A DNA stretch of 64,000 bases, taken from the human T2T-CHM13v2.0 reference genome, Homo sapiens. Every line of letters starts with the position of its first letter. The stretch's first letter is position 1. The position numbers and the translations under genes were made by a program. A model generated the notes under the pieces. The model made no database searches. It was not told where the DNA came from and worked only from the letters and a program-made list of their open reading frames with translations. Where the stretch lies: assembly GCF_009914755.1 (NCBI RefSeq), contig NC_060935.1. The stretch is one strand, 5' to 3'. Of this stretch, positions 14,070 through 27,900 are shown one piece after another.

Positions 14070-17000
14070 GCTTTCATAGTTCAGCTTTCAAACACTCTTT
14101 TTGTAGAATCTGCAAGTGGATATTTGGACCACTTTGTGGCCTTCCTTCGAAACGGGTATATCTTCACATCAAACCTAGACAGAAGCATTCTCAGAATGTT
14201 TCCTGTGATGACTGCATTCAACTCACAGAGGTGAACAATCCTGCTGATGGAGCACTTTTGAAACTCTCTTTCTTTGGATTCTGCAAGTGGATATGTGGAC
14301 CTCTGTGAAGATTTCGTTGGAAACGGGTTCATCTTCACAGAAAAACTAAACAGGAGCATTCTCAGAAACTGCTTTGTGATGTTTGTGTTCCACTTTAAGA
14401 ATTGAACTTTCCTCTTGACAGAGCAGCTCTGAAACCCTCTTTTTCTAGAATCTGCAAGTGGACATTTGGAGGGCTTTGAGGCCTGTGGTGGAAAAGGAAA
14501 ATCTTCACATAAAAACTAGATGGAAGCATTCTCAGAAACTACTTTGTGATGATTGCATTCGACTCACAGAGTTGAACATTCCTATAGATAGAGCAGGTTG
14601 TAAACAATCTTTTTCTAGAATCTGCTATTGGAGATTTGGACTCCTTTGAGGCCTACTGTAGTAAAGGAAATAACTTCATCTAAAAACCAAACGGAAGCAT
14701 TCACAGACAATTCTCAGGATCATTGGATTGAACTAACAGAGCTGAACATTCCTTTAGATGGAGCAGTTTCCAAACACACTTTCTGTAGAATCTGCAAGTG
14801 GATATTTGGACTTCTCTGAGAATTTCGTTGGAAAAGGGATAAACTTCCCAGAACTACACGGAAGCATTGTGAGAAACTTCTTTGTGATGTTTGCATTCAA
14901 CTCACAGAGTTGAACCTTGCTTTCATAGTTCAGCTTTCAAACAGTCTTTTTGTAGAATCTGCAAGTGGATATTTGGACCACTTTGTGGCCTTCCTTCGAA
15001 ACGGGTATATCTTCACATCAAACCTAGACAGAAGCATTCTCAGAATGTTTCCTGTGATGACTGCATTCAACTCACAGAGGTGAACAATCCTGTTGATGGA
15101 GCACTTTTGAAACTCTCTTTCTTTGGATTCTGCAAGTTGATATGTGGACCACTGTGAAGATTTCGTTGGAAACGGGTTCATCTTCACAGAAAAACTAAAC
15201 AGAAGCATTCTCAGAAACTACTTTGTGATGTTTGTGTTCCACTTCAAGAATTGAACTTTCCTCTTGACAGAGCAGCTCTGAAACCCTCTTTTTCTAGAAT
15301 CTGCAAGTGGACATTTGGAGGGCTTTGAGGCCTGTGGTGGAAAAGGAAAATCTTCACATAAAAACTAGATGGAAGCATTCTCAGAAACTACTTTGTGATG
15401 ATTGCATTCGTCTCACAGAGTTGAACATTCCTATAGTTAGAGCAGGTTGTAAACAATCTTTTTGTAGAATCTGCGATTGGAGATTTGGACTGCTTGGAGG
15501 CCTACTGTAGTAAAGTAAATAACTTCATCTAAAAACCAAACGGAAGCATTCACAGACAATTCTTAGTGATCATTGCATTGAACTAACAGAGCTGAACATT
15601 CCTTTAGATGGCGCAGTTTCCAAACACACTTTCTGTAGAATCTGCAAGTGGATATTTGGACCTCTCTGAGGATTTCGTTGGAAACCGGATAAACTTCCCA
15701 GAACTACACGGAAGCACTGTGAGAAAATTCTTTGTGATGTTTGCATTCAACTCACAGAGTTGAACCTTGCTTTCATAGTTCAGCTTTCAAACACTCTTTT
15801 TGTAGAATCTGCAAGTGGATATTTGGACCACTTTGTGGCCTTCCTTCGAAACGGGTATATCTTCCCATCAAACCTAGACAGAAGCATTCTCAGAATGTTT
15901 CCTGTGATGACTGCATTCAACTAACAGAGGTGAACAATCCTGTTGATGGAGCACTTTTGAAACTCTCTTTCTTTGGATTCTGCAAGTTGATATGTGGACC
16001 TCTGTGAAGATTTCGTTGGAAACGGGTTCATCTTCACAGAAAAACTAAACAGAAGCATTCTCAGAAACTACTATGTGATGTTTGTGTTCCACTTCAAGAA
16101 TTGAACTTTCCTCTTGACAGAGCAGCTCTGAAACCCTCTTTTTCTAGAATCTGCAAGTGAACATTTGGAGGGCTTTGAGGCCTGTGGTGGAAAAGGAAAA
16201 TCTTCACATAAAAACTAGATGGAAGCATTCTCAGAAACTACTTTGTGATGATTGCATTCGACTCACAGAGTTGAACATTCCTATAGATAGAGCAGGTTGT
16301 AAACAATCTTTTTGTAGAATCTGCGATTGGAGATTTGGACTGCTTTGAGGCCTACTGTAATAAAGGAAATAACTTCATCTAAAAACCAAACGGAAGCATT
16401 CACAGACAATTCTTAGTGATCATTGCATTGAACTAACAGAGCTGAACATTCCTTTAGATGGCGCAGTTTCCAAACACACTTTCTGTAGAATCTGCAAGTG
16501 GATATTTGGACCTCTCTGAGGATTTCGTTAGAAAAGGGATAAACTTCCCAGAACTACACGGAAGCATGCTGAGAAACTTCTTTGTGATGTTTGCATTCAA
16601 CTCACAGAGTTGAACCTTGCTTTCATAGTTCAGCTTTCAAACACTCTTTTTGTAGAATCTGCAAGTGGATATTTGGACCACTTTGTGGCCTTCCTTGAAA
16701 CGGGTATATCTTCACATCAAACCTAGACAGAAGCATTCTCAGAATGTTTCCTGTGATGACTGCATTCAACTCACAGAGGTGAACAATCCTGCTGATGGAG
16801 CAGTTTTGAAACTCTCTTTCTTTGGATTCTGCAAGTGGATATGTGGACCTCTGTGAAGATTTCGTTGGAAACGGGTTCATCTTCACAGAAAAACTAAACA
16901 GAAGCATTCTCAGAAACTGCTTTGTGATGTTTGTGTTCCACTTCAGGAATTGAACTTTCCTCTTGACAGAGCAGCTCTGAAACCCTCTTATTCTAGAATC

Positions 17001-20000
17001 TGCAAGTGGACATTTGGAGGGCTTTGAGGCCTGTGGTGGAAAAGGAAAATCTTCACATAAAAACTAGATGGAAGCATTCTCAGAAACTACTTTGTGATGA
17101 TTGCATTCGACTCACAGAGTTGAACATTCCTATAGATAGAGCAGGTTGTAAACAATCTTTTTGTAGAAAATGCGATTGGAGATTTGGACTGCTTTGAGGC
17201 CTACTGTAGTAAAGGAAATAACCTCATCTAAAAACCAAACGGAAGCATTCACAGACAATTCTTAGTGATCATTGGATTGAACTAACAGAGCTGAACATTC
17301 CTTTAGATGGAGCAGTTTCCAAACCCACTTTCTGTAGAATCTGCAAGTGGATATTTGGACTTCTCTGAGGATTTCGTGGGAAACGGGATAAACTTCCCAG
17401 AACTACACGGAAGCATTGTGAGAAACTTCTTTGTGATGTTTGCATTCAACTCACAGAGTTGAACCTTGCTTTCATAGTTCAGCTTTCAAACACTCTTTTT
17501 GTAGAATCTGCAAGTGGATATTTGGACCACTTTGTGGCCTTCCTTCGAAACGGGTATATCGTCACATCAAACCTAGACAGAAGCATTCTCAGAATGTTTC
17601 CTGTGATGACTGCATTCAACTCACAGAGGTGAACAATCCTGCTGATGGAGCAGTTTTGAAACTCTCTTTCTTTGGATTCTGCAAGTGGATATGTGGACCT
17701 CTGTGAAGATTTCGTTGGAAACGGGTTCATCTTCACAGAAAAATTAAACAGGAGCATTCTCAGAAACTGCTTTGTGATGTTTGTGTTCCACTTCAGGAAT
17801 TGAACTTTCCTCTTGACAGAGCAGCTCTGAAACCCTCTTTTTCTAGAATCTGCAAGTGGACATTTGGAGGGCTTTGAGGCCTGTGGTGGAAAAGGAAAAT
17901 CGTCACATAAAAACTTTATGGAAGCATTCTCAGAAACTTCTTTGTGATGATTGCATTCGACTCACAGAGTTGAACATTCCTATAGATAGAGCAGGTTGTA
18001 AACAATCTTTTTGTAGAATCTGCGATTGGAGATTTGGATTGCTTTGAGGCCTACTGTAGTAAAGGAAATAACTTCATCTAAAAACCAAACGGAAGCATTC
18101 ACAGAAAATTCTTAGTGATCATTGCATTGAACTAACAGAGGTGAACATTCCTTTAGATGGCGCAGTTTCCAAACACACTTTCTGTAGAATCTGCAAGTGG
18201 ATATTTGGACCTCTCTGAGGATTTCGTTGGAAACGGGATAAACTTCCCAGAACTACACGGAAGCATTGTGAGAAACTTCTTTGTGATGTTTGCATTCAAC
18301 TCACAGAGTTGAACCTTGCTTTCATAGTTCAGCTTTCAAACACTCTTTTTGTAGAATCTGCAAGTGGATATTTGGACCACTTTGTGGCCTTCCTTCGAAA
18401 CGGGTATATCTTCACATCAAACCTAGACAGAAGCATTCTCAGAATGTTTCCTGTGATGACTGCATTCAACTCACAGAGGTGAACAATCCTGCTGATGGAG
18501 CACTTTTGAAACTCTCTTTCTTTGGATTCTGCAAGTGGATATGTGGACCTCTGTGAAGATTTCGTTGGAAACGGGTTCATCTTCACAGAAAAACTAAACA
18601 GGAGCATTCTCAGAAACTGCTTTGTGATGTTTGTGTTCCACTTTAAGAATTGAACTTTCCTCTTGACAGAGCAGCTCTGAAACCCTCTTTTTCTAGAATC
18701 TGCAAGTGGACATTTGGAGGGCTTTGAGGCCTGTGGTGGAAAAGGAAAATCTTCACATAAAAACTAGATGGAAGCATTCTCAGAAACTACTTTGTGATGA
18801 TTGCATTCGACTCACAGAGTTGAACATTCCTATAGATAGAGCAGGTTGTAAACAATCTTTTTCTAGAATCTGCTATTGGAGATTTGGACTCCTTTGAGGC
18901 CTACTGTAGTAAAGGAAATAACTTCATCTAAAAACCAAACGGAAGCATTCACAGACAATTCTCAGGATCATTGGATTGAACTAACAGAGCTGAACATTCC
19001 TTTAGATGGAGCAGTTTCCAAACACACTTTCTGTAGAATCTGCAAGTGGATATTTGGACTTCTCTGAGAATTTCGTTGGAAAAGGGATAAACTTCCCAGA
19101 ACTACACGGAAGCATTGTGAGAAACTTCTTTGTGATGTTTGCATTCAACTCACAGAGTTGAACCTTGCTTTCATAGTTCAGCTTTCAAACAGTCTTTTTG
19201 TAGAATCTGCAAGTGGATATTTGGACCACTTTGTGGCCTTCCTTCGAAACGGGTATATCTTCACATCAAACCTAGACAGAAGCATTCTCAGAATGTTTCC
19301 TGTGATGACTGCATTCAACTCACAGAGGTGAACAATCCTGTTGATGGAGCACTTTTGAAACTCTCTTTCTTTGGATTCTGCAAGTTGATATGTGGACCAC
19401 TGTGAAGATTTCGTTGGAAACGGGTTCATCTTCACAGAAAAACTAAACAGAAGCATTCTCAGAAACTACTTTGTGATGTTTGTGTTCCACTTCAAGAATT
19501 GAACTTTCCTCTTGACAGAGCAGCTCTGAAACCCTCTTTTTCTAGAATCTGCAAGTGGACATTTGGAGGGCTTTGAGGCCTGTGGTGGAAAAGGAAAATC
19601 TTCACATAAAAACTAGATGGAAGCATTCTCAGAAACTACTTTGTGATGATTGCATTCGTCTCACAGAGTTGAACATTCCTATAGTTAGAGCAGGTTGTAA
19701 ACAATCTTTTTGTAGAATCTGCGATTGGAGATTTGGACTGCTTGGAGGCCTACTGTAGTAAAGTAAATAACTTCATCTAAAAACCAAACGGAAGCATTCA
19801 CAGACAATTCTTAGTGATCATTGCATTGAACTAACAGAGCTGAACATTCCTTTAGATGGCGCAGTTTCCAAACACACTTTCTGTAGAATCTGCAAGTGGA
19901 TATTTGGACCTCTCTGAGGATTTCGTTGGAAACCGGATAAACTTCCCAGAACTACACGGAAGCACTGTGAGAAAATTCTTTGTGATGTTTGCATTCAACT

Positions 20001-21990
20001 CACAGAGTTGAACCTTGCTTTCATAGTTCAGCTTTCAAACACTCTTTTTGTAGAATCTGCAAGTGGATATTTGGACCACTTTGTGGCCTTCCTTCGAAAC
20101 GGGTATATCTTCCCATCAAACCTAGACAGAAGCATTCTCAGAATGTTTCCTGTGATGACTGCATTCAACTCACAGAGGTGAACAATCCTGTTGATGGAGC
20201 ACTTTTGAAACTCTCTTTCTTTGGATTCTGCAAGTTGATATGTGGACCTCTGTGAAGATTTCGTTGGAAACGGGTTCATCTTCACAGAAAAACTAAACAG
20301 AAGCATTCTCAGAAACTACTATGTGATGTTTGTGTTCCACTTCAAGAATTGAACTTTCCTCTTGACAGAGCAGCTCTGAAACCCTCTTTTTCTAGAATCT
20401 GCAAGTGAACATTTGGAGGGCTTTGAGGCCTGTGGTGGAAAAGGAAAATCTTCACATAAAAACTAGATGGAAGCATTCTCAGAAACTACTTTGTGATGAT
20501 TGCATTCGACTCACAGAGTTGAACATTCCTATAGATAGAGCAGGTTGTAAACAATCTTTTTGTAGAATCTGCGATTGGAGATTTGGACTGCTTTGAGGCC
20601 TACTGTAGTAAAGGAAATAACTTCATCTAAAAACCAAACGGAAGCATTCACAGACAATTCTTAGTGATCATTGCATTGAACTAACAGAGCTGAACATTCC
20701 TTTAGATGGCGCAGTTTCCAAACACACTTTCTGTAGAATCTGCAAGTGGATATTTGGACCTCTCTGAGGATTTCGTTAGAAAAGGGATAAACTTCCCAGA
20801 ACTACACGGAAGCATGCTGAGAAACTTCTTTGTGATGTTTGCATTCAACTCACAGAGTTCAACCTTGCTTTCATAGTTCAGCTTTCAAACACTCTTTTTG
20901 TAGAATCTGCAAGTGGATATTTGGACCACTTTGTGGCCTTCCTTGAAACGGGTATATCTTCACATCAAACCTAGACAGAAGCATTCTCAGAATGTTTCCT
21001 GTGATGACTGCATTCAACTCACAGAGGTGAACAATCCTGCTGATGGAGCAGTTTTGAAACTCTCTTTCTTTGGATTCTGCAAGTGGATATGTGGACCTCT
21101 GTGAAGATTTCGTTGGAAACGGGTTCATCTTCACAGAAAAACTAAACAGAAGCATTCTCAGAAACTGCTTTGTGATGTTTGTGTTCCACTTCAGGAATTG
21201 AACTTTCCTCTTGACAGAGCAGCTCTGAAACCCTCTTATTCTAGAATCTGCAAGTGGACATTTGGAGGGCTTTGAGGCCTGTGGTGGAAAAGGAAAATCT
21301 TCACATAAAAACTAGATGGAAGCATTCTCAGAAACTACTTTGTGATGATTGCATTCGACTCACAGAGTTGAACATTCCTATAGATAGAGCAGGTTGTAAA
21401 CAATCTTTTTGTAGAAAATGCGATTGGAGATTTGGACTGCTTTGAGGCCTACTGTAGTAAAGGAAATAACCTCATCTAAAAACCAAACGGAAGCATTCAC
21501 AGACAATTCTTAGTGATCATTGGATTGAACTAACAGAGCTGAACATTCCTTTAGATGGAGCAGTTTCCAAACCCACTTTCTGTAGAATCTGCAAGTGGAT
21601 ATTTGGACTTCTCTGAGGATTTCGTGGGAAACGGGATAAACTTCCCAGAACTACACGGAAGCATTGTGAGAAACTTCTTTGTGATGTTTGCATTCAACTC
21701 ACAGAGTTGAACCTTGCTTTCATAGTTCAGCTTTCAAACACTCTTTTTGTAGAATCTGCAAGTGGATATTTGGACCACTTTGTGGCCTTCCTTCGAAACG
21801 GGTATATCGTCACATCAAACCTAGACAGAAGCATTCTCAGAATGTTTCCTGTGATGACTGCATTCAACTCACAGAGGTGAACAATCCTGCTGATGGAGCA
21901 GTTTTGAAACTCTCTTTCTTTGGATTCTGCAAGTGGATATGTGGACCTCTGTGAAGATTTCGTTGGAAACGGGTTCATCTTCACAGAAAA
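14070..21990 (+). repeat. Near-tandem duplication with 4248-bp (5 HOR) period
   Basis: ~14070-17740 recurs at ~18318-21988 with the same markers: cactttaaga, tgctattgg, ctcaggatc (1-bp deletion), atagttagag, aagtgaacatt, ttccttgaaac (1-bp deletion), agaaaatgcg. Confidence 0.9.
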
Positions 21991-24900
21991 ACTAAACAGG
22001 AGCATTCTCAGAAACTGCTTTGTGATGTTTGTGTTCCACTTCAAGAATTGAACTTTCCCCTTGACAGAGCAGCTCTGAAACCCTCTTATTCTATAATCTG
22101 CAAGTGGACATTTGGAGGGCTTTGAGGCCTGTGGTGGAAAAGGAAAATCTTCACATAAAAACTAGATGGAAGCATTCTCAGAAACTACTTTGTGATGATT
22201 GCATTCGACTCACAGAGTTGAACATTCCTATAGATAGAGCAGGTTGTAAACAATCTTTTTGTAGAATCTGCGATTGGAGATTTGGACTGCTTTGAGGCCT
22301 ACTGTAGTAAAGGAAATAACTTCATCTAAAAACCAAACGGAAGCATTCACAGACAATTCTTAGTGATCATTGGATTGAACTAACAGAGCTGAACATTCCT
22401 TTAGATGGCGCAGTTTCCAAACACACTTTCTGTAGAATCTGCAAGTGGATATTTGGACTTCTCTGAGGATTTCGTTGGAAACGGGATAAACTTCCCAGAA
22501 CTACACGGAAGCATTGTGAGAAACTTCTTTGTGATGTTTGCATTCAACTCACAGAGTTGAACCTTGCTTTCATAGTTCAGCTTTCAAACCCTCTTTTTGT
22601 AGAATCTGCAAGTGGATATTTGGACCACTTTGTGGCCTTCCTTCGAAACGGGTATATCTTCACATCAAACCTAGACAGAAGCATTCTCAGAATGTTTCCT
22701 GTGATGACTGCATTCAACTCACAGAGGTGAACAATCCTGCTGATGGAGCAGTTTTGAAACTCTCTTTCTTTGGATTCTGCAAGTGGATATGTGGACGTCT
22801 GTGAAGATTTCGTTGGAAACGGGTTCATCTTCACAGAAAAACTAAACAGGAGCATTCTCAGAAACTGCTTTGTGATGTTTGTATTCCACTTCAAGAATTG
22901 AACTTTCCTCTTGACAGAGCAGCTCTGAAACCCTCTTTTTCTAGAATCTGCAAGTGGACATTTGGAGGGCTTTGAGGCCTGTGGTGGAAAAGGAAAATCT
23001 TCACATAAAAACTAGATGGAAGCATTCTCAGAAACTACTTTGTGATGATTGCATTCGACTCACAGAGTTGAACATTCCTATAGATAGAGCAGGTTGTAAA
23101 CAATGTTTTTGTAGAATCTGCGATTGGAGATTTGGACTGCTTTGAGGCCTACTGTAGTAAAGGAAATAACTTCATCTAAAAACCAAACGGAAGCATTCAC
23201 AGACAATTCTTAGTGATCATTGGATTGAACTAACAGAGCTGAACATTCCTTTAGATGGAGCAGTTTCCAAACACACTTTCTGTACAATCTGCAAGTGGAT
23301 ATTTGGACTTCTCTGAGGATTTCGTTGGAAACGGGATAAACTTCCCAGAACTACAGGGAAGCATTGTGAGAAACTTCTTTGTGATGTTTGCATTCAACTC
23401 ACAGAGTTGAACCTTGCTTTCATAGTTCAGCTTTCAAACACTCTTTTTGTAGAATCTGCAAGTGGATATTTCGACCACTTTGTGGCCTTCCTTCGAAACG
23501 GGTATATCTTCACATCAAACCTAGACAGAAGCATTCTCAGAATGTTTCCTGTGATGACTGCATTCAACTCACAGAGGTGAACAATCCTGTTGATGGAGCA
23601 CTTTTGAAACTCTCTTTCTTTGGATTCTGCAAGTGGATATGTGGACCTCTGTGAAGATTTCGTTGGAAACGGGTTCATCTTCACAGAAAAATTAACAGAA
23701 GCATTCTCAGAAACTGCTTTGTGATGTTTGTGTTCCACTTCAGGAATTGAACTTTCCTCTTGACAGAGCAGCTCTGAAACCCTCTTATTCTAGAATCTGC
23801 AAGTGGACATTTGGAGGGCTTTGAGGCCTGTGGTGGAAAAGGAAAATCTTCACATAAAAACTAGATGGAAGCATTCTCAGAAACTTCTTTGTGATGATTG
23901 CATTCGACTCACAGAGTTGAACATTCCTATAGATAGAGCAGGTTGTAAACAATCTTTTTGTAGAATCTGCGATTGGAGATTTGGACTGCTTTGAGGCCTA
24001 CTGTAGTAAAGGAAATAACTTCATCTAAAAACCAAACGGAAGCATTCACAGACAATTCTTAGTGATCATTGGATTGAACTAACAGAGCTGAACATTCCTT
24101 TAGATGGCGCAGTTTCCAAACACACTTTCTGTAGAATCTGCAAGTGGATATTTGGACCTCTCTGAGGATTTCGTTGGAAACGGGATAAACTTCCCAGAAC
24201 TACACGGAAGCATGCTGAGAAACTTCTTTGTGATGTTTGCATTCAACTCACAGAGTTGAACCTTGCTTTCATAGTTCAGCTTTCAAACACTCTTTTTGTA
24301 GAATCTGCAAGTGGATATTTGGACCACTTTGTGGCCTTCCTTCGAAACGGGTATATCTTCACATCAAACCTAGACAGAAGCATTCTCAGAATGTTTCCTG
24401 TGATGACTGCATTCAACTCACAGAGGTGAACAATCCTGCTGATGGAGCAGTTTTGAAACTCTCTTTCTTTGGATTCTGCAAGTGGATATGTGGACCTCTG
24501 TGAAGATTTCGTTGGAAACGGGTTCATCTTCACAGAAAAACTAAACAGAAGCATTCTCAGAAACTGCTTTGTGATGTTTGTGTTCCACTTCAGGAATTGA
24601 ACTTTCCTCCTGACAGAGCAGCTCTGACACCCTCTTATTCTAGAATCTGCAAGTGGACATTTGGAGGGCTTTGAGGCCTGTGGTGGAAAAGGAAAATCTT
24701 CACATAAAAACTAGATGGAAGCATTCTCAGAAACTACTTTGTGATGATTGCATTCGACTCACAGAGTTGAACATTCCTATAGATAGAGCAGGTTGTAAAC
24801 AATCTTTTTGTAGAATCTGCGATTGGAGATTTGGACTGCTTTGAGGCCTACTGTAGTAAAGGAAATAACATCATCTAAAAACCAAACGGAAGCATTCACA

Positions 24901-27900
24901 GACAATTCTTAGTGATCATTGCATTGAACTAACAGAGCTGAACATTCCTTTAGATGGAGCAGTTTCCAAACACACTTTCTGTAGAACCTGCAAGTGGATA
25001 TTTGGACCTCTCTGAGGATTTCGTTGGAAACGGGATAAACTTCCCAGAACTACACGGAAGCATTGTGAGAAACTTCTTTGTGATGTTTGCATTCAACTCA
25101 CAGAGTTGAACCTTGCTTTCATAGTTCAGCTTTCAAACACTCTTTTTGTAGAATCTGCAAGTGGATATTTGGACCACTTTGTGGCCTTCCTTCGAAACGG
25201 GTATATCTTCACATCAAACCTAGACAGAAGCATTCTCAGAATGTTTCCTGTGATGACTGCATTCAACTCACAGAGGTGAACAATCCTGCTGATGGAGCAG
25301 TTTTGAAACTCTCTTTCTTTGGATTCTGCAAGTGGATATGTGGACCTCTGTGAAGATTTCGTTGGAAACGGGTTCATCTTCACAGAAAAACTAAACAGGA
25401 GCATTCTCAGAAACTGCTTTGTGATGTTTGTGTTCCACTTAAAGAATTGAACTTTCCTCTTGACAGAGCAGCTCTGAAACCCTCTTTTTCTAGAATCTGC
25501 AAGTGGACATTTGGAGGGCTTTGAGGCCTGTGGTGGAAAAGGAAATTCTTCACATAAAAACTTTATGGAAGCATTCTCAGGAACTTCTTTGTGATGATTG
25601 CATTCGACTCACAGAGTTGAACATTCCTATAGATAGAGCAGGTTGTAAACAATCTTTTTGTAGAGTCTGCGATTGGAGATTTGGACTGCTTTGAGGCCTA
25701 CTGTAGTAAAGGAAATTACTTCATCTAAAAACCAAACGGAAGCATTCACAGACAATTCTTAGTGATCATTGGATTGAACTAACAGAGCTGAACATTCCTT
25801 TAGATGGAGCAGTTTCCAAACCCACTTTCTGTAGAATCTGCAACTGGATATTTGGACTTCTCTGAGGATTTCGTTGGAAACGGGATAAACTTCCCAGAAC
25901 TACACGGAAGCATTGTGAGAAACTTCTTTGTGATGTTTGCATTCAACTCACAGAGTTGAACCTTGTTTTCATAGTTCAGCTTTCAAACACTCTTTTTGTA
26001 GAATCTGCAAGTGGATATTTGGACCACTTTGTGGCCTTCCTTCGAAACGGGTATATCTTCACATCAAACCTAGACAGAAGCATTCTCAGAATGTTTCCTG
26101 TGATGACTGCATTCAACTCACAGAGGTGAACAATCCTGTTGATGGAGCACTTTTGAAACTCTCTTTCTTTGGATTCTGCAAGTTGATATGTGGACCTCTG
26201 TGAAGATTTCGTTGGAAACGGGTTCATCTTCACAGAAAAACTAAACAGAAGCATTCTCAAAAACTACTTTGTGATGTTTGTGTTCCACTTCAAGAATTGA
26301 ACTTTCCTCTTGAGAGAGCAGCTCTGAAACCCTCTTTTTCTAGAATCTGCAAGTGGACATTTGGAGGGCTTTGAGGCCTGTGGTGGAAAAGGAAAATCTT
26401 CACATAAAAACTAGATGGAAGCATTCTCAGAAACTACTTTGTGATGATTGCATTCGACTCACAGAGTTGAACATTCCTATAGATAGAGCAGGTTGTAAAC
26501 AATCTTTTTCTAGAATCTGCGATTGGAGATTTGGACTGCTTTGAGGCCTACTGTAGTAAAGGAAATAACTTCATCTAAAAACCAAACGGAAGCATTCACA
26601 GACAATTCTTAGAGATCATTGGATTGAACTAACACAGCTGAACATTACTTTAGATGGAGCAGTTTCCAAACACACTTTCTGTAGAATCTGCAAGTGGATA
26701 TTTGGACTTCTCTGAGGATTTCGTTGGAAACGGGATAAACTTCCCAGAACTACACGGAAGAATTGTGAGAAACTTCTTTGTGATGTTTGCATTCAACTCA
26801 CAGAGTTGAACCTTGCTTTCATAGTTCAGCTTTCAAACACTCTTTTTGTAGAATCTGCATGTGGATATTTGGACCACTTTGTGGCCTTCCTTCGAAACGG
26901 GTATATCTTCACATCAAACCAAGACAGAAGCATTCTCAGAATGTTTCCTGTGATGACTGCATTCAACTCACAGAGGTGAACAATCCTGCTGATGGAGCAG
27001 TTTTGAAACTCTCTTTCTTTGGATTCTGCAAGTGGATATGTGGACCTCTGTGAAGATTTCGTTGGAAACGGGTTCATCTTCACAGAAAAACTAAACAGGA
27101 GCATTCTCAGAAACTGCTTTGTGATGTTTGTGTTCCACTTCAAGAATTGAACTTTCCTCTTGACAGAGCAGCTCTGAAACCCTCTTTTTCTAGAATCTGC
27201 AAGTGGACATTTGGAGGGCTTTGAGGCCTGTGGTGGAAAAGGAAAATCTTCACATAAAAACTAGATGGAAGCATTCTCAGAAACTACTTTGTGATGATTG
27301 CATTCGACTCACAGAGTTGAACATTCCTATAGATAGAGCAGGTTGTAAACAATCTTTCTGTAGAATCTGCGATTGGAGATTTGGACTGCTTTGAGGCCTA
27401 CTGTAGTAAAGGAAATAACTTCATCTAAAAACCAAACGGAAGCATTCACAGACAATTCTTAGTGATCATTGGATTGAACTAACAGAGCTGAACATTCCTT
27501 TAGATGGAGCAGTTTCCAAACACACTTTCTGTAGAATCTGCAAGTGGATATTTGGACTTCTCTGAGGATTTCGTTGGAAACGGGATAAACTTCCCAGAAC
27601 TACAGGGAAGCATTGTGAGAAACTTCTTTGTGATGTTTGCATTCAACTCACAGAGTTGAACCTTGCTTTCATAGTTCAGCTTTCAAACACTCTTTTTGTA
27701 GAATCTGCAAGTGGATATTTGGACCACTTTGTGGCCTTCCTTCGAAACGGGTATATCTTCACATCAAACCTAGACAGAAGCATTCTCAGAATGTTTCCTG
27801 TGATGACTGCATTCAACTCACAGAGGTGAACAATCCTGCTGATGGAGCAGTTTTGAAACTCTCTTTCTTTGGATTCTGCAAGTGGATATGTGGACCTCTG

